Source: Candidatus Kapaibacterium sp. (lineage in GTDB: Bacteria; Bacteroidota; Ignavibacteria; Kapaibacteriales; HRBIN21). Taken from it: DNA of 64,000 bases. This document shows positions 19,872 to 30,198 of this stretch, piece by piece. Made by a program: the position numbers and the translations under genes. A model generated the notes under the pieces. The model was not told where the DNA came from and did not search any database. It saw nothing but the letters and a program-made list of their open reading frames with translations. The stretch spans positions 115,039 to 179,038 of the forward strand of contig CALKEU010000007.1 in the NCBI GenBank assembly GCA_938084565.1, read 5' to 3'. How positions within the stretch are numbered: position 1 is the stretch's first letter; each line of letters opens with the position of its first letter.

Positions 19872-20918
19872 ATGCAGTACCAGGAACGGGTCTCCCTACG
19901 GCGGTGGACGAGCTTCCGTACCCCGGGCCGTGCCGCTTATGCTGCCTTTTGCCATCATCCCCACGAGCTCCCACAGCTGCAGAAGCTTCTCCCGCTCAAT
20001 GAGCTCCCCCGCCTGGTAGTAGGCACCGGCAGCAATATTCTCTTCGCTGCAGACTACCCCGGTATCCTCATCCGCCCCCTCTTCCGGGGGATCCACCTGG
20101 TGGAGCAGACAGACGACAGCGTCATTGTTGAGGTTGCTGCCGGAGAACCATGGCATGGATTCGTCCGGACATGTCTCCGGAACCACTGGTACGGCTTGGA
20201 AAACCTTGCTCTCATTCCGGGAACCGTCGGGGCAGCCCCCGTCCACAACATTGGGGCCTACGGCGTTGAGGTATCCCAATTCCTGCAGGCAATTTGCGTT
20301 TGGGATTTCGCAACAGCGGAATTCCGCTGGATTGCTGCCCAAGAGCTCGGTCTGGAGTATCGTAGCAGCAAACTCCGTACCAGCCTCTTGGGGCGCGTGC
20401 TCATCACACACGTCCGCTTTCGGCTCCTGCGCTCCCCTCAGGCTCGCTGGGACTACCCCGAGTTAGCCCGCTCCCTTGCCGCTGAGTCTTCTCGAACTCC
20501 GACACCGGAGGATATCTTCCGTGCCGTCTGCAGACTGCGGCAGCAGAAGCTGCCCAATCCGAGGCGCCTCCCGAACGCCGGCAGCTTCTTCAAAAACCCC
20601 GTACTACCGCTCTCCGTTGCCGAAGAGCTTCGGAAGCACCATCCTCAACTTCCTCTCTTCCCGCACGGCCCTGATCACGCGAAGATCCCGGCCGGCTGGC
20701 TTCTGGAGCAGTGCGGATGGCGAGGCAAACGCCTGGGCAACGTAGGGGTCTGGCCCCAACATGCGCTCGTGGTGGTTACCTACGGCAGGGCAACAGGGGA
20801 GGAAATTCTCCGGTTTGCTGCATTGCTCCGGCGCTCCGTCTACGAGCGCTTTGGCATTGCTCTCGAACCGGAAGTCCTCATTCTCCCCCAAGCCGCTTGG
20901 GAGCTCTACTGTAGCTGA
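19872..20918 (+). CDS. murB: UDP-N-acetylenolpyruvoylglucosamine reductase
   Basis: FAD-binding region 'LVVGTGSNILF' and the MurB C-terminal domain. 348 aa. Confidence 0.85.
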   Translation: MQYQERVSLRRWTSFRTPGRAAYAAFCHHPHELPQLQKLLPLNELPRLVVGTGSNILFAADYPGILIRPLFRGIHLVEQTDDSVIVEVAAGEPWHGFVRTCLRNHWYGLENLALIPGTVGAAPVHNIGAYGVEVSQFLQAICVWDFATAEFRWIAAQELGLEYRSSKLRTSLLGRVLITHVRFRLLRSPQARWDYPELARSLAAESSRTPTPEDIFRAVCRLRQQKLPNPRRLPNAGSFFKNPVLPLSVAEELRKHHPQLPLFPHGPDHAKIPAGWLLEQCGWRGKRLGNVGVWPQHALVVVTYGRATGEEILRFAALLRRSVYERFGIALEPEVLILPQAAWELYCS

Positions 20919-21556
20919 GTCCGTGGCAGGGCCTCTGCTCCACCTTCGGCCCCCTCCCTACTCTGGCACAGGGCAGCCCGATACCCCTCCGGCATCTCAG
21001 GCAAGCGCTCCATATGCTCATCCGACAGCGGCTGCATGTCAGAGCAAGCCGGACGAAGCCCCTGCCGCACCATGTGGTAGTAGGCCGCCTCTAAGACCCC
21101 ATTGACAAAAGACCCGCTGTGCTCGGTGGAGTACTTCTTGGCCAATTCGACAGCCTCGTCAATGATGACGGGAACGGGCGTCTGCGGGCACGCCAGCATC
21201 TCCGCCATACCAAGCAGCAGAATAATCCGATCCACGGGCACCAAGCGCTCAATGTCCCAATGCTGAAGGATATGCCGGAGAAGAGCCAGAACGGTCTCCC
21301 GATAGTGTTCGGCTGCCCCTAGGAGTTGCCGAGCAAATGCAACATCAGCCTCCTCCCAGCTAATGGGGGTATCGGCTTCCAGTTCGAGAATCTCTTCCTG
21401 CGTCAGCAACGGGCGATCGATGCTTGGCACATCGGCGGTGAAGTCGCGATAGAAGATGTGTTCGAACACGCTCTCCCAAGGTATCTGTGCCGCGCTAGCA
21501 GCAGCCAAGACTTGCAGCATCTTTTCCCGCGCCAGCCGACGGCTGCCACGCAGCAT
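20906..21556 (-). CDS. nusB: Transcription antitermination factor NusB (with a ~50-aa C-terminal tail)
   Basis: The 'RRLAREKMLQVLAA' opening is typical of NusB, and the ~135-aa helical core is present. Start is uncertain: 21556 preferred, 21625 possible. Its 3' end converges on and overlaps murB by 13 nt. Confidence 0.65.
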   Translation of the reverse strand: MLRGSRRLAREKMLQVLAAASAAQIPWESVFEHIFYRDFTADVPSIDRPLLTQEEILELEADTPISWEEADVAFARQLLGAAEHYRETVLALLRHILQHWDIERLVPVDRIILLLGMAEMLACPQTPVPVIIDEAVELAKKYSTEHSGSFVNGVLEAAYYHMVRQGLRPACSDMQPLSDEHMERLPEMPEGYRAALCQSREGAEGGAEALPRTQLQ

Positions 21557-21621
21557 TTTATGTCGGCGCAGTGGAAAGATCTCTGCGCGAGAGCTCTCCG
21601 ATACCCGTTTCCGGCGCGGAC

Positions 21622-22704
21622 TCATGGTGTGCCTCCTCTGCTGTGTGTAGCCAGTCGCCGTAGTGAAGCAACGCTAGCCAGTCGTTCCTCGGCCAATGCA
21701 GCGGCAGCCTCCGTCGGCAGTATGCCCCGCTCGTGAGCCATACGGAAGAGGCGGATGAGCGTATCGTAGATGCCCGCTGTCTTATCCAGCACACGCTTGG
21801 GGTTATAGTTGCCTTCTAATTCAGCGGCAACATTCATCAGACCGCCGGCATTGATGACGTAATCCGGGGCATAGAGGATACCACGCTCGTGGAGCCGTTT
21901 AGCATCGGCGTATTCGTCCTGCAGCTGATTGTTGGCAGCTCCTGCCACAATAGCACAGCGCAGCCGAGGAATTGTTGTCTCATTCAGCACCCCACCCAGG
22001 GCGTTCGGGGAAAAGATGTCACACGGGATATCGTAGACCTCTTCAGCTCCGACCGGTGTTCCACCGATCTCGTCGCAGAGCCGCTGAGCCTTTTCGGGAA
22101 AGAGATCAGCAACGTAGACCCGGACGTCCTCCCGCACTAAATACTCAACCAAGTGGCGGGCCACATTGCCAGCTCCCTGCACGACGACGATTCGGTTGGC
22201 CAGGGAATCGGAACCAAAGACAACCTTTGCACAAGCCTTCATACCCCAGTAGACCCCATGTGCTGTAAAAGGGGACGGATCTCCACTACCCTCTGGACTA
22301 CCCGTGACGTACCGCGTCTCCATGCGAATCCACTCCATATCGGCAACTGTCGTGCCTACGTCTTCGGCTGTAATGTAGCGCCCCGCGAGCGTGTCCACAA
22401 AGCGTCCGAAGGCTCGAAAGAGGGGCTCGCTCTTCTGCTTCTGCGGATCGCCAATAATGACGGCTTTGCCCCCGCCCAAATTCAGGCCAGCAACGGCGGC
22501 CTTGTACGTCATTGCCCGTGAGAGCCGCAGACAATCCTCGAGTGCTTCTTGCTCGCTCGGATACATCCACATCCGCACTCCACCCAGTGCCGGGCCGAGA
22601 GTTGTGTCGTGGATAGCAATGATAGCGCGCAAGGCAACATGAGGCTCCCAGCAAAAGAGCACTTGCTCGTGCCCGTAGGTAGCCATGAGCTCAAAGACAT
22701 CCAT
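21622..22704 (-). CDS. Glu/Leu/Phe/Val-dehydrogenase-family enzyme (leucine-dehydrogenase-like)
   Basis: Catalytic 'LGGGKAVI' lysine region and a C-terminal Rossmann fold 'VVVQGAGNVARHLV'. Start at the internal ATG at 22704 ('MDVFELMATYGHEQV'). 4-bp overlap with nusB. Confidence 0.75.
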   Translation of the reverse strand: MDVFELMATYGHEQVLFCWEPHVALRAIIAIHDTTLGPALGGVRMWMYPSEQEALEDCLRLSRAMTYKAAVAGLNLGGGKAVIIGDPQKQKSEPLFRAFGRFVDTLAGRYITAEDVGTTVADMEWIRMETRYVTGSPEGSGDPSPFTAHGVYWGMKACAKVVFGSDSLANRIVVVQGAGNVARHLVEYLVREDVRVYVADLFPEKAQRLCDEIGGTPVGAEEVYDIPCDIFSPNALGGVLNETTIPRLRCAIVAGAANNQLQDEYADAKRLHERGILYAPDYVINAGGLMNVAAELEGNYNPKRVLDKTAGIYDTLIRLFRMAHERGILPTEAAAALAEERLASVASLRRLATHSRGGTP

Positions 22705-22853
22705 GGTCTGGCTGCTCCTTTCTGACAAATGCGCTGAGGCGGCAAAATTAGGACAAAACGGTGCACAGCTTTCGTGCGCGGCTACACTAAATGCTCCCAA
22801 GGCTCGTCGCAGCAAGCGTAGTCTGCATGTCTTGCCTACTCTCGGACAGTCCC

Positions 22854-23228
22854 ATGCGCGGTAGGAGTCTGCTCGCTCTGTTTTTTGGAGCTGTGGTTGC
22901 ATCGGCGCAAACCGCTGTGGAGGCCCCTGTTGCAGAGCCATCCCCTATGCACTCCCCCACGCTTGTGACCGATACCCTTGCTGTCGCCGGGCGCTGCAAC
23001 CACTGCAAGGAGCGGATTGAAAAGCTTGTGCGAGAGTTGCCCGGTGTGCAGAGCGCCCAGTGGGACCGCACGAGCAAGCTTTTGACCGTCACCTATGATC
23101 CCGAGCATGTCAGCCGAGCCCAGATTCAAGAGGAGCTCGCAGCAGGAGGGCACGACACAGAAGAGTACACCGCTCCCGATGAAGCCTACGGCAAACTCCC
23201 CAAGTGCTGCCGATACCGTTCCCCTTGA
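22854..23228 (+). CDS. Periplasmic heavy-metal-associated (HMA) domain protein, putative copper chaperone
   Basis: Signal peptide 'MRGRSLLALFFGAVVASAQT', then an HMA fold with the CxxC-type site 'RCNHC'. Overlaps the annotated copA 5' region in another frame. Confidence 0.45.
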   Translation: MRGRSLLALFFGAVVASAQTAVEAPVAEPSPMHSPTLVTDTLAVAGRCNHCKERIEKLVRELPGVQSAQWDRTSKLLTVTYDPEHVSRAQIQEELAAGGHDTEEYTAPDEAYGKLPKCCRYRSP

Positions 23229-25707
23229 AGCTACTGTGCCCGACTCCAGGCTGAGCTCTTCCGCCTGTGAGGAGATCACCGCCATCTATCCTGTCAGCGG
23301 TATGCACTGTGCAGCGTGTGCACAGAGCATTCAGAGTTTCCTCCGTGCGCAACCCGGTATCGTCTCGGCTGAGGTAAACTTCGCCGCTCAGACGGTGACC
23401 CTTACCTACAACCGGCAGCAATACCATCCGGAGGATCTCCGGCGTCTCGTCCAGCAGCTAGGCTACGACCTTGTGCTCGACACCGAGCAGGTGCATATTG
23501 CACGCACGGAACGTCTGCGCCGTCTGCGCCGCCGCTGCTGGATTGCACTGGCTTGCGCCGCGCCCGTCGTGGTCCTCTCGATGGGTTTCCACGAGAAGAT
23601 TCCAGCCGTCCTCCTACTTGTCCTGACGCTGCCTGTACTCTGGGCCGGTTCGGAAATATTTCTCAATGCTTGGAAGCTTGCCCGCCACGCTCAAGCAAGC
23701 ATGGATACGCTTGTGGCTCTAGGAACAGGAGCAGCCTTTGCGGCAAGCCTCTGGGCAACTCTGACCCCTGACACCTTCACCCGGCTGGGCATCCCACTCC
23801 CGCTCTACTACGAGGCCACAGCGGTTGTGCTTGCCATTGTGCTCCTGGGGCGCTACGCCGAAGAGCGCGTCCGCCTCCGCGGATCGCAAGCCATCGAACG
23901 CTTACTATCGCTCCAACCCCGAACCGCCCGCCGACTTCGCCAGGATACCGAAGAAGAGGTTCCCATCGAGCACCTCCAGCCTGGGGATAGTGTCCGCATC
24001 CGACCTGGCGAGCGCGTTCCCGTCGACGGTATCGTCGTTGCAGGAAGCGCCGCGCTGGACGAGAGCGCTCTCACAGGCGAATCGTTTCCCGTTGAAAAGC
24101 TTCCTGGCATGCGGGTATGGGCAGGGACACTGGTCAGAGACGGCAGCCTTGTCCTCCGTGTCGAGCAGACCGGGAGTGCTACGGTGCTGGCACAGATCAC
24201 TGAACTTGTTCGCGCTGCGCAGACGCACAAAGCACCGGTTCAACGCCTGGTAGATCGCATTGCTGCGCTCTTCGTCCCGATTGTGCTCGGCATTGCGCTC
24301 CTGAGCGCTTTCGGCTGGCTCACCTTCGGACCGGAACCCCGCCTCTCTTATGCTCTGCTTGCCTCCATCTCCGTACTCCTGATTGCCTGCCCGTGCGCCC
24401 TAGGGCTAGCCACACCACTGGCCATCCTGCTCGGGGTTGGGCGAGCCGCCGAAGAAGGGCTGCTTGTCCGAGATCCCACCGCGCTAGAACAACTCTGGCA
24501 GTGCACGGCGCTTGTACTCGACAAAACGGGTACCCTGACCACAGGCCAACCACACGTTGTTGCCCAACACTGGCTCCAGGATAGCCCTGAAGTGCGCTAT
24601 GCTTTGGCAGCTGTAGAAGTGCGCTCTGCCCATCCTATTGCCGGTGCCCTTGTCCGGGCTCTCGTGCAGCAGACAGATGCTTTGCCAGAGGTCGAGAACT
24701 TTTCCAGCACACCCGCTCAGGGCGTTTCCGGCTATGTCCACGGAACGCTCTACCACCTGGGAACCCCGAGCTTTCTGCAGCGGGTTGGAATTGAACTCCC
24801 GCAACAGCTATGGCAACTCTTGGCTACGTGGCACCAGCAGGGCTACTCCACCGTCTGCGCTGCAGCGGGAACGACAGTTGTCGCAGCGTTTGCTCTGGCC
24901 GATACCCTTCGACCTCATACGGCTGAGGCTATTGCGTTCTTCCGACGCCATGGAGTTGAACTCCATCTCCTCACTGGGGACCACCAGCAGGCGGCCGAGC
25001 ACATCGCCCGAGTGCTTGGGATAGAGCACGTCTGTGCCCACGCCTCTCCGCAGCAGAAAGCCGACTACATACGCCAGCTCCAACAGAAGGGGCATCGTGT
25101 TGCCGTCGTCGGTGACGGCATCAACGATGCCCCAGCTCTCGCCATTGCCGATGTCGGGATTGCCATGGGCAGTGGCATTGACGTAGCCCTCGAAAGCGCT
25201 ATGCTCATTCTGGCCGGAGGGAACATCCACCGGCTGGTCTTCGCATGGGAGCTGTCGCGCAAGCTTGGCCGTGTCATTGTCCAGAACCTCGCCTGGGCCT
25301 TCGGCTACAATCTCCTAGCACTCCCCATTGCGGCTGGGCTTCTCTACCCTATCACCGGCATGTTGCTGACCCCGATGCTGGCCGGTACAGCCATGGCGCT
25401 GAGCTCTATCTCGGTGGTTCTCAGTAGTTTGCGTCTGCGCTTTGTCGCCCCAAGACAGTATGCACCCATGCAACGATACGTTTTCCGTACCTCTCTGCAC
25501 TGCCACGGCTGTGTTACTGCCATCAGCTCAGCGCTGGCTAGCATTCAGGGACTACATCGGTGGCACGTTGAGCTTGAGCATCCCGACAAGCGTCTTGTAG
25601 TCGAAGCCGATCGCGATGTCGTTGCTGCTGTTATCTCCGCCCTCCGCCAACGCGGATACACCGCCGAGCTCCTCGAACGACAGGACATGTCCCATTCCAT
25701 AGGCTGA
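23095..25707 (+). CDS. copA: Copper-translocating P1B-type ATPase
   Basis: N-terminal HMA 'GMHCAACAQSI'; transmembrane CPC motif 'ACPCALGLATP'; phosphorylation site 'DKTGTLT'; 'GDGINDAPAL' hinge. An extra C-terminal HMA-like domain carries 'HCHGC'. The true start may lie later (~23179). Confidence 0.85.
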   Translation: MIPSMSAEPRFKRSSQQEGTTQKSTPLPMKPTANSPSAADTVPLEATVPDSRLSSSACEEITAIYPVSGMHCAACAQSIQSFLRAQPGIVSAEVNFAAQTVTLTYNRQQYHPEDLRRLVQQLGYDLVLDTEQVHIARTERLRRLRRRCWIALACAAPVVVLSMGFHEKIPAVLLLVLTLPVLWAGSEIFLNAWKLARHAQASMDTLVALGTGAAFAASLWATLTPDTFTRLGIPLPLYYEATAVVLAIVLLGRYAEERVRLRGSQAIERLLSLQPRTARRLRQDTEEEVPIEHLQPGDSVRIRPGERVPVDGIVVAGSAALDESALTGESFPVEKLPGMRVWAGTLVRDGSLVLRVEQTGSATVLAQITELVRAAQTHKAPVQRLVDRIAALFVPIVLGIALLSAFGWLTFGPEPRLSYALLASISVLLIACPCALGLATPLAILLGVGRAAEEGLLVRDPTALEQLWQCTALVLDKTGTLTTGQPHVVAQHWLQDSPEVRYALAAVEVRSAHPIAGALVRALVQQTDALPEVENFSSTPAQGVSGYVHGTLYHLGTPSFLQRVGIELPQQLWQLLATWHQQGYSTVCAAAGTTVVAAFALADTLRPHTAEAIAFFRRHGVELHLLTGDHQQAAEHIARVLGIEHVCAHASPQQKADYIRQLQQKGHRVAVVGDGINDAPALAIADVGIAMGSGIDVALESAMLILAGGNIHRLVFAWELSRKLGRVIVQNLAWAFGYNLLALPIAAGLLYPITGMLLTPMLAGTAMALSSISVVLSSLRLRFVAPRQYAPMQRYVFRTSLHCHGCVTAISSALASIQGLHRWHVELEHPDKRLVVEADRDVVAAVISALRQRGYTAELLERQDMSHSIG

Positions 25708-25712
25708 GCTCC

Positions 25713-27272
25713 ATGGCACTACGTCTGAAGCCTTTTCAGAACGAACCCCGGCTGGATTTCAACAATCCTGAAGTTGCTCGCAAGCAACGTCGTGCCCTCG
25801 AGGCCGTACAGCGCCAGTTCGGGCAGGAATACCCGAACCTCATCGACGGCAAAGAGGTCTATTCCTCGCAGAAGCTTAGCTCTATCAATCCAGCCCATCC
25901 GAGTCAGGTCATTGGGCTCTTTCAAAAGGCCCGACGCCGAGAAGCTGAAGCAGCTCTGACAGCAGCCTGGAAAGCCTTTGAGGAATGGAAGCGGACGCCG
26001 GCCGAGGAGCGTGCACAGTACCTCCTGAAAGCTGCTCAAGAGATGCGCCGGCGCCGGCTCGAGCTCAACGCATGGATGATCTACGAGGTGGGCAAAAACT
26101 ATTGGGAAGCCGACGCAGATACGTGCGAGGCCATCGACTTCCTGGAATACTACGCGCGTGAGGCGTTGCGCTATGCACAACCACAGCCCGTTACCCCCGT
26201 GCCGGGAGAGAAGAACGAGTACTTCTACATCCCGCTCGGGGCTGGCATTATCATTCCGCCCTGGAACTTCCCATTGGCCATTCTCACCGGCATGGCCTCA
26301 GCAGCCATTGCTGCAGGGAATACGGTGGTCGTCAAACCCTCCTCTGAGTCACCGATGATGGGATGGCTGCTGGCCGATATCTTCCGGAGTATCGGACTGC
26401 CCGAGGGGGTCTTCAATCTCGTCATTGGCAGTGGCAGCGAAGTTGGGGACTTCTTGGTAGCTCATCCGCGCACACGCTTCATCGCTTTCACGGGCTCCAT
26501 GGAGGTTGGACTCCGTATCCACGAGTTGGCAGCCAAACCGCAACCGGGGCAGATTTGGATCAAGCGCACCATCCTGGAGATGGGTGGCAAGGATGCCATC
26601 ATCGTGGACGCCGAAGCAGACCTGGACGCCGCCGTCGAAGGCGTCGTCGTCTCCGCCTTCGGCTACCAAGGGCAGAAATGTTCGGCATGCTCCCGGGTCA
26701 TCGTTGACAAGAGCCTCCACTCATTGTTCATCCGCAAGCTCAAGGATGCCGTCCGAGCCCTCCGAATCGGCGATCCGGCTGAGAACTTTGACGTAGGACC
26801 CGTCATCTCCGCTCGTGCGCGGGAGAGCATCCTCCACTACATCAGCATTGGCCAGAAGGAGGGCAAACTCCTCCTCGGTGGCAATCCTGTCGGCGATCTT
26901 GACGGATACTACATCGAGCCAACCGTTTTCACTAATGTGTCTCCCCGAGCTCGCATCGCACAGGAAGAAATCTTCGGCCCCGTGCTTGCAGTCCTGAAAG
27001 CCAACAGCTTCACTGATGCCCTACGCATTGCCAACGGAACCATCTATGGACTTACCGGCTCGGTGTATTCCCGCAATCCCGACAAACTCCGCCAGGCTCG
27101 CGAGGAGTTCCACGTTGGCAATCTGTACTTCAACCGCAAATGCACCGGTGCCCTTGTTGGCGGACATCCCTTCGGAGGCTTCAACATGAGCGGGACGGAT
27201 TCCAAAGCAGGAGGGCCAGATTACTTGCTGCTCTTCCTGCAGGGCAAGAGCGTCAGCGAAAAGATTGGCTAA
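25713..27272 (+). CDS. L-glutamate gamma-semialdehyde (1-pyrroline-5-carboxylate) dehydrogenase
   Basis: Aldehyde dehydrogenase fold with catalytic 'EMGGKD' and 'GQKCSACSR'. The N-terminal 'KPFQNEPRLDFNNPE' is typical of PruA/RocA-type P5CDH (~516 aa). Confidence 0.8.
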   Translation: MALRLKPFQNEPRLDFNNPEVARKQRRALEAVQRQFGQEYPNLIDGKEVYSSQKLSSINPAHPSQVIGLFQKARRREAEAALTAAWKAFEEWKRTPAEERAQYLLKAAQEMRRRRLELNAWMIYEVGKNYWEADADTCEAIDFLEYYAREALRYAQPQPVTPVPGEKNEYFYIPLGAGIIIPPWNFPLAILTGMASAAIAAGNTVVVKPSSESPMMGWLLADIFRSIGLPEGVFNLVIGSGSEVGDFLVAHPRTRFIAFTGSMEVGLRIHELAAKPQPGQIWIKRTILEMGGKDAIIVDAEADLDAAVEGVVVSAFGYQGQKCSACSRVIVDKSLHSLFIRKLKDAVRALRIGDPAENFDVGPVISARARESILHYISIGQKEGKLLLGGNPVGDLDGYYIEPTVFTNVSPRARIAQEEIFGPVLAVLKANSFTDALRIANGTIYGLTGSVYSRNPDKLRQAREEFHVGNLYFNRKCTGALVGGHPFGGFNMSGTDSKAGGPDYLLLFLQGKSVSEKIG

Positions 27273-27321
27273 AGTTCCATCAGCATCTGCCGAACTATCC
27301 CTACACCGAAGGGAGCAGTCA

Positions 27322-29544
27322 ATGCAGCGGCGGTGGCTGCTTGGTATCGCTATCGCTTCTATCGGCCTGCTCGTAGGCGCAGCAGTGCTTATCTCCTGGA
27401 ACAAGCGTACCATGGAAGCAGAGCTGCGCACCAATGGCACGGATATGATGCTACTGGCAGCTTATCGCGATTCCACACTCCAAGATCCTAACCACTCGCT
27501 GTACCACCAACGCTCGCTACGACTCCAACTCCTGCGCTCCCGTCCCACCCCCTACCGTGGCTCACTAGCATTCGTGGACTCCCTTGGGCTCTGGTCTGCT
27601 GAAGCCTTCCTGCACCACAGCCGCTCTGAATTACGCATGCTTGGGCGCTACCAAAGTAGCCTCTTCAAGCGCATTGAGCAGCTCGATACTGTGCAAACCC
27701 TCGTCTTCGCAGGGGTCCTCTCTGTGACTTTGCTCTTGATCCCTCTGTTGCTCCTCTACCACCGATTAGCCCGTCAACGTCTGGATCTGCTGACAAAACT
27801 ACAGGCAAGCGAGGTGCACTATCGAGAGCTGGTCGAACATATGCCTGACCTTATTCAATCGGTCGATGCTGAGGGCCGCTTCGTCTACGTCAACCGCTAT
27901 TGGCGCCAGGTCATGGGTTACAGCGACGAGGATCTCTCGCGACTCCGCATCTGGGATATCCTGCGCCCTGACCAACTGCCCAAATGCCAGCTCCTCTTTG
28001 AGAAAGTTTTCCGGGAGCAGTCGCTCCATGGTGTCGAGACGGTCTTTCTTACCAAGCATGGCGAGGAGTTGCACGTCAGCGGCAACATCACCGTACGCCC
28101 TGACCCCCTGACAGGACGTCCCGTCACCCGAGCCCTTTTCCGCGACGTGACCGCACAGAAGCGACAGCTCCAGCTACTCCAATACCAGGAAGCACTTGCC
28201 AACACAGTAGCTCGGATTGCACAACAGCTGCTTGCAACTCTTGCCCCTGAAACGCTTGCTCCCGCAGTTCTTGGACAGCTTGGGGAAACCCTCAACACGG
28301 ACACCGTTTATCTGGTCGCCCTTCCAGAAGGTAGCCCACAGGTAGTAGCGCTCTGGGTACGCGAGGAAGACAAGCGGCCCCTTGTCCTTGCAACCTTTGA
28401 GTCTCCCTGCTGGGAGTCATTGCGCCCCTTCCAGGAGCGGCTAGGCGCTGTTGCTGTGGTCGAAGCCACGGCCGAGGAGCTCCCCTCTCCGGAGAGCTCT
28501 TCAGAAAACTGCCTTGCGGCTCGCAACGTTCGTGCGCTCCTCTGGAGTCCACTCACACGCCATGGACACCTCTGGGGCTTTATTGGAACAGAAGACTGGC
28601 GACAGCCACGTCTGTGGAGCCCAACGGAGCGCACAGCCTTGGAGAGCACCGCAGCAAATCTTCTCTCCGCCTTCGACCGTACGCATGCCTATCGAGAGCT
28701 CCAGCGCTTTGCGGAAGACCTGCTCCAAGCTCGCACTCTGTTGGAATCCTACGCCGAAGAACTGCGGAAGGCGAATGAAGAGCTTCAGGAGCGTAACGCA
28801 GAGAAGGACCGCATCATGGCCATCGTCTCCCACGACCTCCGATCGCCTCTGAGTGGCATTCGCGGCCTGGCTGAAATTCTGCAGACTGAGGATGCCAAAG
28901 ACCCAGCACTCGTCCAGGAATTTGCCAAGCTCATCCACGAAACCGCTGACCACATGCTAGCGCTAATCAATGACTTGCTCGAAGTTACTCGTTTCGAGCG
29001 TGGTGCACTCCAGCTCCGGCTTGCCCCTACCGATCTCTGTGAACTTGCGCGCTCGGCATTCCGCACCATGGAGGGTATGGCTCGCTCGAAGAACATCCGG
29101 CTCGTGCTCGAATGCCCAGACACCCCTTTGGTCACCCTGGTCGATGCCCCGAAACTCACCCAAGCCCTCAACAATCTGCTGAGCAACGCCATCAAGTTTA
29201 CCCACCATGGAGGCTCGGTCACTGTGCGGATCCAGACCCTGGCCGAACATGATGCCATTAGCATTCAGGTTGAAGACACAGGTATTGGAATCCCGGAAGA
29301 GTTTCTGCCCCATCTCTTCCAGAAATTTGGCCCCCACCAACGCCCCGGTACTGGCGGTGAGCGAGGTACTGGCCTTGGATTACCTATCATCAAGGCCTTC
29401 GTGGAGCTGCATGGAGGCAGTATTACCGTCACGAGTACCGTCGGTGTCGGTACCTGCTTTACGATCCAGTTGCCCTACCGTCCCCCTACCGCTCTCGGAG
29501 AACTCTCCGATCTTGCTGCCCCTGCTCCTCAGCCGGCGCTGTAG
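27322..29544 (+). CDS. PAS-domain sensor histidine kinase (membrane-anchored)
   Basis: N-terminal TM segment; PAS region ('VDAEGRFVYVNRYWRQVMGY'); HisKA 'VSHDLRSPLSGI' H-box; HATPase N/G boxes ('LLSNAIKFT', 'GTGLGLPI'). The ATG at 27322 follows a GGGAG Shine-Dalgarno. Confidence 0.75.
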   Translation: MQRRWLLGIAIASIGLLVGAAVLISWNKRTMEAELRTNGTDMMLLAAYRDSTLQDPNHSLYHQRSLRLQLLRSRPTPYRGSLAFVDSLGLWSAEAFLHHSRSELRMLGRYQSSLFKRIEQLDTVQTLVFAGVLSVTLLLIPLLLLYHRLARQRLDLLTKLQASEVHYRELVEHMPDLIQSVDAEGRFVYVNRYWRQVMGYSDEDLSRLRIWDILRPDQLPKCQLLFEKVFREQSLHGVETVFLTKHGEELHVSGNITVRPDPLTGRPVTRALFRDVTAQKRQLQLLQYQEALANTVARIAQQLLATLAPETLAPAVLGQLGETLNTDTVYLVALPEGSPQVVALWVREEDKRPLVLATFESPCWESLRPFQERLGAVAVVEATAEELPSPESSSENCLAARNVRALLWSPLTRHGHLWGFIGTEDWRQPRLWSPTERTALESTAANLLSAFDRTHAYRELQRFAEDLLQARTLLESYAEELRKANEELQERNAEKDRIMAIVSHDLRSPLSGIRGLAEILQTEDAKDPALVQEFAKLIHETADHMLALINDLLEVTRFERGALQLRLAPTDLCELARSAFRTMEGMARSKNIRLVLECPDTPLVTLVDAPKLTQALNNLLSNAIKFTHHGGSVTVRIQTLAEHDAISIQVEDTGIGIPEEFLPHLFQKFGPHQRPGTGGERGTGLGLPIIKAFVELHGGSITVTSTVGVGTCFTIQLPYRPPTALGELSDLAAPAPQPAL

Positions 29545-29568
29545 CCCTCGGGGTGGGCTGCAGTTCTT

Positions 29569-30198
29569 CTACGTTCTGGCCAGGAGGCGCTCTGGCTCAA
29601 GTACCCACCGCTGGGGACTTCGGGCAGGCAGCTCCTGCGCACGGCCCCGCTCATCGATGAGCACCGGACGATACTCCGGGCGTTTGATCTTCTCCTGAAT
29701 GGTCATGAGGGCTTTGAGGAGTGCCTCCGGGCGCGGTGGACACCCTGAGACGTAGACATCCACGGGCAGAAACTGATCGATGCCCTGGACAACCGAATAA
29801 CTCCGAAACATCCCCCCTGTGGAGGCGCAGACCCCCATAGAAATCACCCACTTCGGCTCCGGCATCTGATCGTAGATCTTGCGCACAACCCAGGCCATTT
29901 TGTAGGTGACTGTTCCCGCAACAATCAGCAGATCGGATTGGCGTGGCGAAAAACGAAAGACCTCGGCCCCAAAGCGAGCCACGTCGAAACGTGGTCCTGC
30001 AAAGGCCATCATCTCGATAGCACAACAGGAAATTCCCAACGGCATTGGCCATAGCGCATTGCGCTGCGCCCACTTGGCGAGTGCTTCAACTGTTGTGGTC
30101 AGGAATCCATCGCGCTGGAGTGCCTTCTGGAGAGCTGTCATTGAACCCCTGCAGTCTATTCCACTCGAGAGTATAGACGAAGAGGGACGGCTTTTCAC
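29569..30198 (-). CDS. nuoB: NADH-quinone oxidoreductase subunit B
   Basis: Fe-S cluster N2 ligand motifs '[10 protein letters not shown]', 'GVCASTGG' and 'SGCPP'. Start is either 30198 (ATGA-coupled to nuoA) or the internal ATG at 30141. Confidence 0.9.
   Translation of the reverse strand: MKSRPSSSILSSGIDCRGSMTALQKALQRDGFLTTTVEALAKWAQRNALWPMPLGISCCAIEMMAFAGPRFDVARFGAEVFRFSPRQSDLLIVAGTVTYKMAWVVRKIYDQMPEPKWVISMGVCASTGGMFRSYSVVQGIDQFLPVDVYVSGCPPRPEALLKALMTIQEKIKRPEYRPVLIDERGRAQELPARSPQRWVLEPERLLART

Noticed and set aside
22854-23228. HMA ORF and copA as one gene split by a frameshift (pseudogene)
   Set aside because: The upstream ORF has its own signal peptide and a complete HMA fold. copA has its own N-terminal HMA domain. 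Two separate genes with overlapping ends is the simpler reading. This remains uncertain.
29545-29568. Short AGCCC-(7 nt)-GGGCT hairpin between the convergent histidine kinase and nuoB as a bidirectional terminator
   Set aside because: The stem is only 5 bp and there is no U-tract on either strand. It is too weak to call.
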